From assembly GCA_030654015.1 (NCBI GenBank), contig JAURYI010000118.1, forward strand, positions 1,496 to 65,495: a stretch of DNA of 64,000 nucleotides, given 5' to 3'. Position 1 is the first letter of the stretch; every line of letters starts with the position of its first letter. The notes beneath the pieces were generated by a model. That model worked only from the letters and a program-made list of their open reading frames with translations, had not been told where the DNA came from and ran no database searches. The position numbers and the translations under genes are program-made. The stretch comes from Methylococcales bacterium (GTDB lineage Bacteria; Pseudomonadota; Gammaproteobacteria; Methylococcales; Methylomonadaceae). Positions 35,735-44,393 of the stretch are shown here, piece by piece.

Positions 35735-35769
35735 GATGACCGCCAGTCCTTTAAAAATCGGCAGTCATC
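35735..35769. repeat. GATGACCGCC..tttaaa..GGCAGTCATC hairpin (degenerate copy b of the ATGACTGCCAGTC family) between convergent trkH and xseA
   Basis: 10-bp stem with one mismatch read directly. Confidence 0.5.
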
Positions 35770-35772
35770 GTG

Positions 35773-37122
35773 CTACTTCTGGTTAATTATTTTAACTTCA
35801 CTTAAAAAATTCCCCTGTGCCAGTCGTGTTTCCAGCACATCTCCCACGTTTAATTGCGCCGTAGAACGAATAATCTGCCCTGATTTAGGTGCGATAGTCA
35901 GTGCGTAACCCCGATTCAGCGTCGCTAATGGGCTGACCGCGTGCAAGGTTTGACTGGCACTCGCTAGGCGTTGCTTATGTTGTTTGAACTGCTGTTCACT
36001 TGCCGATAACAGACGTTGATGTGCATAACTTAAACGCTGTTGATAATTCTGAATAGCAACAGCGGGATTGTACTGCCACAGTTGTGCTGTTTTAACGGCT
36101 AATAGACTGTGTTGTTGATGCAGTTTATTTTGCATCGCCTGAGTTAAGCGACGTTCCAACGCCTCTACGCGCTGATGATTACGCGCCAGTTTTTGTTCAA
36201 TGGATTGTTGGGCTAGACGCTTGTTTAGATAGTCCAGCGTTTGTTGATGCTGGCTCAGTTTTCGTTGCAGTGTTGATTGCAAGCGTTGTTCTAACTGTAC
36301 AAAACGTGACAGCCAATCTGCTTTATCTGGGCTGGCAGATTCAGCGGCGGCGGACGGTGTAGGCGCACGCAAGTCCGCGACAAAATCGGCAATAGTGACA
36401 TCAGTTTCATGCCCGACGGCGGCAATAATCGGAATATCACTGGCAAAAATGGCACGCGCAACTATTTCTTCATTAAACGCCCACAAATCTTCCAGCGAAC
36501 CGCCGCCACGTCCGACAATCAGCACATCACATTCCGCGCGTTGATTGGCTATCGCTATCGCCTTGGTAATCTCGTATTTTGCCTGTTCGCCCTGTACTGC
36601 GACAGGGTAAATAATTACTGGAATGGCGGCAAAACGGCGTTTTAATACCGTCAAAATGTCATGCAGTGCCGCGCCTGTGCTGGAGGTAATCACGCCGATA
36701 GCATTCGGTAACACAGGCAGTGCCTGTTTATGCACGGTATCAAATAGCCCTTCGGCGGACAGTGTGCGTTTTAACTCATCAAAGGCTTGTTGTAAATCGC
36801 CTACACCCGCCAGCTGCATGGCTTCGACAATCAGTTGATAGTCGCCGCGCGGTTCGTACAAACTGACTTGTGCGGTGACAATTACCTGCTTACCGTTGTC
36901 AGGTTTAAAACGTAACGTGCGTTGTTGATTGCGAAACATCGCACAGCGAATTTGTGCATGACTGTCTTTCAGTGTGAAATATAAATGCCCTGAACTCGGT
37001 GTACTGACGTTGGATAATTCGCCTTCCACGCGCACTGTCCGAAAATATTCGGCAAGCAATTGGCTGGTGGCGCGGTTGAGTTGGGCGACGGTGAATACGT
37101 CTGGTTTTTCACTATTCATCAT
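35773..37122 (-). CDS. xseA: Exodeoxyribonuclease VII large subunit
   Basis: 449 aa; VRVEGELSN, GRGGGSLEDLW, long Gln-rich coiled-coil C-terminus. Confidence 0.95.
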   Translation of the reverse strand: MMNSEKPDVFTVAQLNRATSQLLAEYFRTVRVEGELSNVSTPSSGHLYFTLKDSHAQIRCAMFRNQQRTLRFKPDNGKQVIVTAQVSLYEPRGDYQLIVEAMQLAGVGDLQQAFDELKRTLSAEGLFDTVHKQALPVLPNAIGVITSSTGAALHDILTVLKRRFAAIPVIIYPVAVQGEQAKYEITKAIAIANQRAECDVLIVGRGGGSLEDLWAFNEEIVARAIFASDIPIIAAVGHETDVTIADFVADLRAPTPSAAAESASPDKADWLSRFVQLEQRLQSTLQRKLSQHQQTLDYLNKRLAQQSIEQKLARNHQRVEALERRLTQAMQNKLHQQHSLLAVKTAQLWQYNPAVAIQNYQQRLSYAHQRLLSASEQQFKQHKQRLASASQTLHAVSPLATLNRGYALTIAPKSGQIIRSTAQLNVGDVLETRLAQGNFLSEVKIINQK

Positions 37123-37227
37123 TAAAAAAATTAGGGACTTAAAAATATCGGGGTTTTGTGCCGCGTAACGTTAAAGTCTAATATAATGACCAGATTTATC
37201 GTTGTTTATTTTTCAGGAATCCACTAA

Positions 37228-38073
37228 ATGAATCCAACCGAATGGTTCACCGAACAAGTTCCCAGTACAGGAACTGCTTTTTCATTAAAAATTAAACAAA
37301 AACTGCACGAAGAACAATCTAATTTTCAGTTTCTGGAAATTTACGAAACGGAAACGTTTGGTAATTTGATGGTGATTGACGGTTGCACGATGGTGTCTAC
37401 CCGCGATAACTTTTTCTATCATGAAATGATTAGTCATCCTGCGTTATACACTCATCCCAATCCTAAACGGGTGTGCATTATCGGCGGCGGCGACTGTGGT
37501 ACATTGCGCGAAGTCTTAAAACACCCCAGCGTTGAACACGCGGTACAGATTGATATTGATGAGCGCGTCACCCGTTTGGCGGAAATTTATTTTCCTGAGT
37601 TGTGCGAGTCCAACAACGACCCACGCGCGGAATTGAAATTTATTGACGGTATTAAATGGATTAAAGAAGCCGCGCCTAATTCTATTGACCTTATCATCGT
37701 GGACAGTACCGACCCCGTCGGCCCCGCCGAAGGTTTGTTTGGTGAAGCGTTTTACCGTGACTGTTTTAACTGCTTGTCAGAAAATGGGATGCTGGTACAA
37801 CAAAGCGAATCGGCATTACTGCATTTAAAACTGATTGGCGAAATGCGTGCTGCAATGAGCAACGCAGGTTTAAGTCATCAGCAAACGCTGTTTTTCCCAC
37901 AATGTTTATATCCGTCAGGTTGGTGGAGTGCTACTATCGCCAGTAAAGCTGAATTAGCTGCCTTTAGAGAACAAGACTGTGCCAATAAACCATTTGAAAC
38001 GGTTTATTACAATACAGACATTCATAAAGCCTCATTAGCGCAACCTGAATTTTTTAAAAAAGCCTTTTCATAA
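37228..38073 (+). CDS. speE: Polyamine aminopropyltransferase (spermidine synthase)
   Basis: 281 aa; YHEMISHP, IIGGGDCGTLREVLKH, IIVDSTDPVGPA. Confidence 0.93.
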   Translation: MNPTEWFTEQVPSTGTAFSLKIKQKLHEEQSNFQFLEIYETETFGNLMVIDGCTMVSTRDNFFYHEMISHPALYTHPNPKRVCIIGGGDCGTLREVLKHPSVEHAVQIDIDERVTRLAEIYFPELCESNNDPRAELKFIDGIKWIKEAAPNSIDLIIVDSTDPVGPAEGLFGEAFYRDCFNCLSENGMLVQQSESALLHLKLIGEMRAAMSNAGLSHQQTLFFPQCLYPSGWWSATIASKAELAAFREQDCANKPFETVYYNTDIHKASLAQPEFFKKAFS

Positions 38074-38078
38074 ACTGA

Positions 38079-38648
38079 ATGCAAGACCTGTCCACATTTA
38101 GATTATTTGAACGTATTAACATTTTGCTCCAGGCAGAGGAGCGAAAAGGCTGTACCGCGCGTGGACTAAAATTGGTTCACGCGCGTATTCTCGATTACTT
38201 GGCAAGCTGTAGTTCGCATAGCGATACGCCGATGGCAGTTGCCGAGTATTTGGGCTTAACCAAAGGTACAGTATCGCAATCCATCAGTGTATTAGAGCGC
38301 AAAGGCTATTTGATTAAAACCCCCGATAGCAACGATAAGCGCGTGGTGCATCTGAGTTTATCGCTGATGGGCAGCCAATTATTAGCCGAGTTGAAGCCAT
38401 TGGATATTTTTGCGCAAGCAGAATTAATGATAGCCACCAAACAGGTGACTACCATCGGCGAAGCCTTACGCACGGTGCTGTTGGTTTTACAACAAACCAG
38501 TCAGGCAAAAAGTTTTGGTGTCTGTGGTTCGTGCGCTCATTTTATTGAACGCGAAGAGCATAATCATTGTGCCGTCGCCCAAGTACCCGTCAGTCAGGAT
38601 GATGCAGAACGCATCTGTCGTCATCATGTGCCGATTCATACGATTTAA
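38079..38648 (+). CDS. MarR-family transcriptional regulator with Cys/His-rich C-terminal extension
   Basis: 189 aa; winged-helix core LGLTKGTVSQSISVLERKGYLIKTPDSNDKRVVHLSL. The tail is FGVCGSCAHFIEREEHNHCAV..ERICRHH. Confidence 0.75.
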   Translation: MQDLSTFRLFERINILLQAEERKGCTARGLKLVHARILDYLASCSSHSDTPMAVAEYLGLTKGTVSQSISVLERKGYLIKTPDSNDKRVVHLSLSLMGSQLLAELKPLDIFAQAELMIATKQVTTIGEALRTVLLVLQQTSQAKSFGVCGSCAHFIEREEHNHCAVAQVPVSQDDAERICRHHVPIHTI

Positions 38649-38677
38649 CCCTTTTTATTACTCAAGAGATTACCGCC

Positions 38678-38938
38678 ATGTTTGATCCTAAAGCCATAGA
38701 TGATATTGCCAGTAAATTAACGGCAGCATTGCCCTCAGGTTTCAATAACCTGAAAGACGATATGGAAAAAAACTTCCATCTCATTTTGCAAACCGCGTTG
38801 GGTAAACTGGATTTAGTGACCCGCGAAGAATTTGAAGTGCAAAAAGCCGTGCTTACCAAAACCCGCTCCAAACTGGAAGCCTTGGAATTGCGTGTCGCCG
38901 CCATAGAACAGCAAGTGCTTACCAAAGAAGAACTTTAA
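38678..38938 (+). CDS. ubiK: UbiK/YqiC-family accessory factor (BMFP)
   Basis: 86 aa; DLVTREEFEVQKAVLTKTRSKLEALELRVAAIE coiled coil is typical of the family. Confidence 0.75.
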   Translation: MFDPKAIDDIASKLTAALPSGFNNLKDDMEKNFHLILQTALGKLDLVTREEFEVQKAVLTKTRSKLEALELRVAAIEQQVLTKEEL

Positions 38939-38956
38939 AACGCAGGAGCGCGGACT

Positions 38957-40462
38957 ATGGAATTAGCGGTGGTCTATAGTCGCGGGCGTTCAGGCATAGA
39001 AGCCCCGTTAATCACCGTTGAAGTTCACGTTGCCAACGGCTTGCCCGCACTGAATATTGTCGGTTTGCCCGAAGCGGCGGTCAAAGAAAGCAAAGACCGT
39101 GTGCGCAGCGCGATATTAAATTCGCGCTTTGAATTTCCCATGCAGCGCATCACTGTCAATCTTGCGCCCGCTGATTTACCCAAAGATGGCGGACGCTTTG
39201 ATTTAGCCATTGCCTTGGGTATTCTTGCCGCCTCAGGGCAAATTCCCAGTACCAACCTCAATCAATATGAATGCGTCGGCGAACTGTCATTAGGTGGAGA
39301 TTTGCGCGCAATAAGCGGCGTATTACCTGTTGCCATACAAGCCCGCAACAACCAGCGCAAACTGATTTTACCCAAAGAAAACACCGCCGAAGCCGCGCTG
39401 GTCAAAGGCATTGAAATTATTCCCGCCGTACACTTATTGGAAATTTGCGCCTATCTCAACGGACAGAAACAAATCCCCGTCGAATACGCCCAGCCCAATC
39501 AGGAGATAGTCAGCGAAGGCGTGGATTTTGCCGATGTACACGGGCAATATCATGTCAAACGCGCCTTTGAAATAGCCGCCGCAGGTGCGCATAACCTGCT
39601 CATGTTAGGACCACCGGGGACGGGGAAGTCCATGTTAGCCGCCCGTTTGCCCACTATTTTGCCACTACTGACCGAACAACAAGCCCAAGAAACTGCCGCG
39701 ATTGCTTCCATCAGCGACCAACACTGGGATGTGCATAACTGGCTGAAACCGCCGTATCGTGCGCCGCATCACACCGCCTCCGCCGCCGCGCTGGTCGGTG
39801 GCGGTAGCAATCCACGCCCCGGTGAAATATCCCTCGCGCACAACGGCGCGTTATTTCTTGATGAATTGCCTGAATTTGACCGCAAAGTATTGGAAGTGTT
39901 GCGCGAGCCGCTAGAATCAGGGCATATCGTCATTTCCCGCGCCGCAAGGCAAGTTAATTTTCCCGCGCGTTTTCAACTGATTGCCGCAATGAATCCTTGT
40001 CCGTGCGGGTATTTGGGTGATAGTTCAGGGCGTTGTCATTGCAGTTCAGAGCAAGTCATGCGTTACCGCGCCAGAGTCTCAGGGCCGTTATTGGACAGGA
40101 TTGATATGCACCTTGAAGTCCCCAGAGTGTCGCATGAGGTATTACGCAACGGCTCACCACAAGGTGAAGAAAGCAGCGCGACCATCAGAACGCGGGTGGT
40201 CGCCGCGCGCAATCTCGCTGTGGCGCGGCACGGTAAAGCCAATTCAGGTTTAAATGCCAAAGAAGTCAAACAACTGTGCGTATTATCTGCGCAAGGCTAC
40301 CAACTGCTGGAACAGGCAATGGATAGGTTCGGTTTATCGCACCGTGCGTATCATCGGATTTTAAAACTGGCGCGTACTATCGCCGATCTCGCCCAGTCCC
40401 CGCAGATTGAAATCAACCACTTGAGCGAAGCAATCAGTTATCGGAAACTGGATAGAAAGTAG
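38957..40462 (+). CDS. comM: YifB/ComM-family Mg-chelatase-like AAA+ ATPase
   Basis: 501 aa; N-terminal Lon-like domain, Walker A LMLGPPGTGKSMLA, LFLDELPEF, zinc cluster CPCGYLGDSSGRCHC. Confidence 0.93.
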   Translation: MELAVVYSRGRSGIEAPLITVEVHVANGLPALNIVGLPEAAVKESKDRVRSAILNSRFEFPMQRITVNLAPADLPKDGGRFDLAIALGILAASGQIPSTNLNQYECVGELSLGGDLRAISGVLPVAIQARNNQRKLILPKENTAEAALVKGIEIIPAVHLLEICAYLNGQKQIPVEYAQPNQEIVSEGVDFADVHGQYHVKRAFEIAAAGAHNLLMLGPPGTGKSMLAARLPTILPLLTEQQAQETAAIASISDQHWDVHNWLKPPYRAPHHTASAAALVGGGSNPRPGEISLAHNGALFLDELPEFDRKVLEVLREPLESGHIVISRAARQVNFPARFQLIAAMNPCPCGYLGDSSGRCHCSSEQVMRYRARVSGPLLDRIDMHLEVPRVSHEVLRNGSPQGEESSATIRTRVVAARNLAVARHGKANSGLNAKEVKQLCVLSAQGYQLLEQAMDRFGLSHRAYHRILKLARTIADLAQSPQIEINHLSEAISYRKLDRK

Positions 40463-40470
40463 CGGTGTTT

Positions 40471-40487
40471 TAAGACTGCCAGTCTTA
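40471..40487. repeat. Short hairpin TAAGACT-gcc-AGTCTTA (contains the GACTGCCAGTC core) between convergent comM and dhaL
   Basis: 7-bp stem read directly. Confidence 0.4.
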
Positions 40488-40493
40488 TGTAAC

Positions 40494-41141
40494 CTACTGT
40501 TTGGAAAGTACCTCCACAATCGCACAAATCATCAACTGGCTGGTTTTTGCCCCTGCATCAATATGCCCAAGCGAACGTTCTTCCAGATAAGACGCGCGTC
40601 CTTTGGTGGCAATCATCTCGCGCGTGGATTCCATACCCTTGATAGCCACAGTGGGGACGGTTGCCAATAGCTCAGGAAAATCGACCATGGTCGCGCTTTG
40701 CAAATAAGTCGCCACGGGGATTAACACATCCAGCATGGTTTTTTCACCTGCATCGGCTTTGCCGCGTTGTTTGACGGCTTCTACACCTGCGGTAAAAATT
40801 GCCGCAAAGGTGTATTGATTGATCGCGTGGTCACGGGCGGCTTTGCTCATGGCGACAAATAAGGTGCCGAATAATGACCCTGAAGCACCGCCGATGGTGG
40901 ACATGAGTGTCATGCCGATTTTTTGCCACGCCGTTGCCCAATCCAGTTGGCTTAATTCTTCACGTTGCGCCATTAGCGCGTGGATGCCGCGTTGCAGATT
41001 AATGACATGATCGCCGTCACCGATGGCTTGGTCTAACGCGGTAATTTCGTCGGCGTTGGTGTCGATAGTGGCGGCGATAGCTTCAATTAAACGGGTCAGT
41101 AAGGCTGGATTATAGGGCATAACGGCTTCCTCGATGAGCAA
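40494..41141 (-). CDS. dhaL: DhaL (DAK2) domain protein, ADP-binding subunit of dihydroxyacetone kinase family
   Basis: 215 aa; LDQAIGDGDHVINL, STIGGASGSLFG. No dhaK or dhaM is present in the window. Confidence 0.8.
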   Translation of the reverse strand: MLIEEAVMPYNPALLTRLIEAIAATIDTNADEITALDQAIGDGDHVINLQRGIHALMAQREELSQLDWATAWQKIGMTLMSTIGGASGSLFGTLFVAMSKAARDHAINQYTFAAIFTAGVEAVKQRGKADAGEKTMLDVLIPVATYLQSATMVDFPELLATVPTVAIKGMESTREMIATKGRASYLEERSLGHIDAGAKTSQLMICAIVEVLSKQ

Positions 41142-41167
41142 AGTGGGATTGATATGGACGCGAATTT

Positions 41168-41374
41168 TTATACGGGCGGTTGTAATTTTTTTAACAGGCT
41201 GTTACTGACAGCATTAACAAAGTCGCCAACATTTTCATACTCTTGCCGCTTGGCAAATTCAACTAATGCACCTACCAGTTTTTTAGTTTCGGCAATTTCT
41301 TCATGCGAACGCCCGCAACCTTGGCAATGGGTGCCGTCTTTGGTGCAGTTATCGGTACAGGGACTGAATTTCAT
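41168..41374 (-). CDS. Small Cys-rich protein (C-x3-C-x6-C-x2-C), DUF1289-like
   Basis: 68 aa; FSPCTDNCTKDGTHCQGCGRSHEEI resembles the SPC..C......C.GC.R...EI signature of DUF1289. The assignment is from memory. Confidence 0.4.
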   Translation of the reverse strand: MKFSPCTDNCTKDGTHCQGCGRSHEEIAETKKLVGALVEFAKRQEYENVGDFVNAVSNSLLKKLQPPV

Positions 41375-41384
41375 GTGTATCTCC

Positions 41385-41699
41385 TTAATGATGTAAGTGA
41401 ACGGCTAACCAAACAGTATGACTATCGGGTGTTGTCCATTCGACGCGGTGTTTAGTGTGTGCAGGAATCAATACATAGTCGCCTGCTGTCAATGTTTGTT
41501 CTGAGTGTTCATAAACCAGTATCGCTTGCCCTTCCAGCACCAGCACCCATTCATCCCATGCTTGATCGTACCATTGTTCAGGCGGTGTACGGTGACCTTT
41601 AGAAACGATACGTTCAATGTGGACGTTATCGGATTTCAACAGGGTGGTAAATAATTCGTCAGGTAGTTTGTCGGGTATATTGGCAAAAATATTGGTCAT
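41385..41699 (-). CDS. Cupin-domain protein
   Basis: 104 aa; single cupin barrel pattern (..EWVLVLEGQA..GDYVLIPAHTKHRV..). Confidence 0.65.
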   Translation of the reverse strand: MTNIFANIPDKLPDELFTTLLKSDNVHIERIVSKGHRTPPEQWYDQAWDEWVLVLEGQAILVYEHSEQTLTAGDYVLIPAHTKHRVEWTTPDSHTVWLAVHLHH

Positions 41700-41746
41700 T
41701 GATATTACAATCCGTTTATGAAAAATACGAGAATACCTCGCATTTT

Positions 41747-41810
41747 GTAGAGACTGTATAGCGATTCTACAGCGTTGCTCTTTTTTGTGTCTTTTGTGTT
41801 TTTCGTGGAC
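41747..41810. repeat. GTAG-headed REP-like sequence (GTAGAGACTGTATAGCGATTCTAC) followed by a degenerate half CACGAAA palindrome arm (TTTTGTGTCTTTTGTGTTTTTCGTGGAC)
   Basis: Read directly. GTAGAGAC is shared with 60063, and the ...TTTCGTGGAC terminus with 9986 and 11194. Confidence 0.55.
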
Positions 41811-41818
41811 AACAAAAT

Positions 41819-43216
41819 TTACAACGTAATTGTTTCTCCCACTTGCGGAATATGCGCATTCCAGCCTGTGCGTTGGAAGCAGGTTTGCAACGATAAGGTC
41901 GCCGATTTTTCACCGTGTATCAGATAAAGGCGCGGCTGGGATGTAAAGTGACCTGCCCATTGCAATAATTGGCTTTGATCGGCGTGCGCACTTAACGCGC
42001 CTAAGGTATGTACTTTAGCGGCGACAGCCACCTCCGCGCCTAAAATTTTTAAATATTTCTTTTTGCCATCGACGATGGTGCGTCCTAATGTGCCTTCGGC
42101 TTGAAAACCTGTGATGACAATATGCGCATTGCGCCGCCATAAATTGTATTTTAAATGATGACGAATACGCCCGCCGTTACACATCCCGCTACCTGCAATA
42201 ATAATCACGCCGCCGACGATGCGGTTGACTGCCATTGATTCTTCGGCAGTTTCGGAATAAATCAAACCGTGTAACCATGCTTGCCAGCCGTGCGGGGCGA
42301 TTTTGGTAAAATCAGCATCATCAATATTGAATAACGCAGTGTTGTCCGCATAAATTTCACTGGCTTTAATCGCCATCGGGCTATCGAGATAAATCTGCTG
42401 TTGCGGTAGTTTACCTAGTCTTTGCAACTTGCCCAGCCAGTAAATTAAATCCTGCGTCCGTCCGACGGCAAACGCGGGAATAATGACATTGCCGCCACTG
42501 TGCGCGGCTTCTTGGAGCGTGTTGCTCAGTTCGTCCAAGGTGCTGTCCAGCGGTTTATGATCGCGGTCGCCGTAAGTGGATTCCAGCAATAATACATCGG
42601 CTTCGGTCAAAATAGCGGGGTCGCGCAATAACGGCGACAGCGGATTGCCCAAGTCGCCTGAAAATACCAGCGTTTTGGTTTCGCCGTGTTCAGTAATATG
42701 CAGACGCACGATAGCTGAACCCAAAATATGCCCTGCTTCATGAAACGATACGCTGATGTTTTTCAGTATCTCGGTTTCTTTACCGTAAGCGATGGGTCGT
42801 CTTAATTTCAGCAAGGCTTCTACATCCTCCTGTTCATACAATGGAGTCAGCAATTTTTTACCTGCCCGTTCGCGCTTTTTGTTTTCCCATTCCATATCAC
42901 GCAGTTGCAGATGTAACGCATCTTTGAGCAGTAATTCCAGTAACGGGAAACTGGCTTCGGTTAAATATACCAAGCCTTTGAAGCCGTCTTTAACCAGTTT
43001 GGGCAAGCGTCCGCAGTGATCCAGATGGGCATGAGATAGCACCACAGCATCAATGGTGGCGGGGTTGAACGGAAAATCGGCGGCGTTTTGTTTTTCGGTG
43101 TCTTTCGAGCCTTGAAATAAGCCGCAATCCAATAATACGCGCTTGTGTTTGGTTTCCAGTAAATAACAAGACCCTGTCACTTGTCCTGTCGCGCCTAAAA
43201 AAGTGAGCGTTGTCAT
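41819..43216 (-). CDS. MBL-fold beta-CASP family metallo-hydrolase (RNA-metabolising type)
   Basis: 465 aa; LDCGLFQG, SHAHLDHCGRLP, beta-CASP and C-terminal SAHADQ motifs. Confidence 0.85.
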   Translation of the reverse strand: MTTLTFLGATGQVTGSCYLLETKHKRVLLDCGLFQGSKDTEKQNAADFPFNPATIDAVVLSHAHLDHCGRLPKLVKDGFKGLVYLTEASFPLLELLLKDALHLQLRDMEWENKKRERAGKKLLTPLYEQEDVEALLKLRRPIAYGKETEILKNISVSFHEAGHILGSAIVRLHITEHGETKTLVFSGDLGNPLSPLLRDPAILTEADVLLLESTYGDRDHKPLDSTLDELSNTLQEAAHSGGNVIIPAFAVGRTQDLIYWLGKLQRLGKLPQQQIYLDSPMAIKASEIYADNTALFNIDDADFTKIAPHGWQAWLHGLIYSETAEESMAVNRIVGGVIIIAGSGMCNGGRIRHHLKYNLWRRNAHIVITGFQAEGTLGRTIVDGKKKYLKILGAEVAVAAKVHTLGALSAHADQSQLLQWAGHFTSQPRLYLIHGEKSATLSLQTCFQRTGWNAHIPQVGETITL

Positions 43217-44145
43217 GATGATGCCTTCTTGTTGCTAGAGGGGTTATTACCATTAGCCAAGCCGTGACCTTTTAAAATAAGCTGCCATGCCTGTTCTGCC
43301 GTTTCTGCATATTGAATAAGTTCTCGATCACAAGCGGTGATTGCGCCTTCTTCAACCAGTGCATCAAAGTTGACTATTTTTTCCCAGTAAAGTTGCCCGA
43401 ACAGAATCACGGGAATGCGTTTGACTTTTTTGGTCTGGATTAAGGTGAGGGCTTCAAACAGTTCATCCATTGTCCCAAAGCCACCAGGAAAGGCGATTAA
43501 GGCAATGGCTCGCATTAAAAAGTGCATTTTACGAATGGCAAAATAATGAAACTGAAAACACAATTCAGGCGTGATGTAGGGATTAGGTTGTTGTTCATGC
43601 GGCAGAACGATATTCAGTCCCATACTTTTGCCGCCTACATCCGATGCACCGCGATTCGCCGCTTCCATAATACCCGGCCCACCGCCTGTGACCACTATCC
43701 ACGGGTATTTGTGTTTCTTGGCTTCTGAGGTAATGAGTGCGCCCAGTTTACGCGCTTCATCGTAGTAATGACTTTTCGTGAATATCCGCCGTGCAATTGC
43801 CAGACTATGCGCCAGTTCTATGTCATCAGGGTGTTCATTCCACGCTTGTTCGGCATCTGATAGGGCTTGTCGTGCTTCAACATTGCCTTGAATACGCGCA
43901 CTGCCAAAAATAACGACGGTAGATTTAATACCTAAATCGGTTTGCGCAAGCTCAGGTTTTAATAATTCCAGCTGTAAACGGACGGGGCGTAACTCATCAC
44001 GCATAATGAAATCAAGGTCATCATAAGCCAGCCGATAGGACGCTGATTGCGTTTGTGTATTGCTGTCATCGTATAAAACGTGGGCTGCATCCTCTTTAGC
44101 AGTAGGAAACGGACTTTCGCAGAGAATTTTAGTTTCTTTTGTCAT
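43213..44145 (-). CDS. LOG/TIGR00730-family Rossmann-fold nucleotide-binding protein (long form)
   Basis: 310 aa; TGGGPGIMEAANRGA, PGGFGTMDELFE; 4-nt ATGA overlap with the downstream beta-CASP gene. Confidence 0.8.
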   Translation of the reverse strand: MTKETKILCESPFPTAKEDAAHVLYDDSNTQTQSASYRLAYDDLDFIMRDELRPVRLQLELLKPELAQTDLGIKSTVVIFGSARIQGNVEARQALSDAEQAWNEHPDDIELAHSLAIARRIFTKSHYYDEARKLGALITSEAKKHKYPWIVVTGGGPGIMEAANRGASDVGGKSMGLNIVLPHEQQPNPYITPELCFQFHYFAIRKMHFLMRAIALIAFPGGFGTMDELFEALTLIQTKKVKRIPVILFGQLYWEKIVNFDALVEEGAITACDRELIQYAETAEQAWQLILKGHGLANGNNPSSNKKASS

Positions 44146-44393
44146 CGGAGTTCCACATAAGTTAGTGTAAAATAACGTCTTTCAACTAAATAATCGAATG
44201 GCTTTGTTTTTGGCTATCTCCGTTACCATCAGATTAATGCCATAAGCCGCTTGGCAAGTGGCGAATTAAACTGATTTTTTTATCAATAGGCGTAAGTTGT
44301 ATGCAGTCAAGTATATCGGCAGTTGAAGTGTTTATCGCTAACACGACAAAATTATTTTTTTCACCAAAAGACCCGTTATTGGCAGGATATAAA

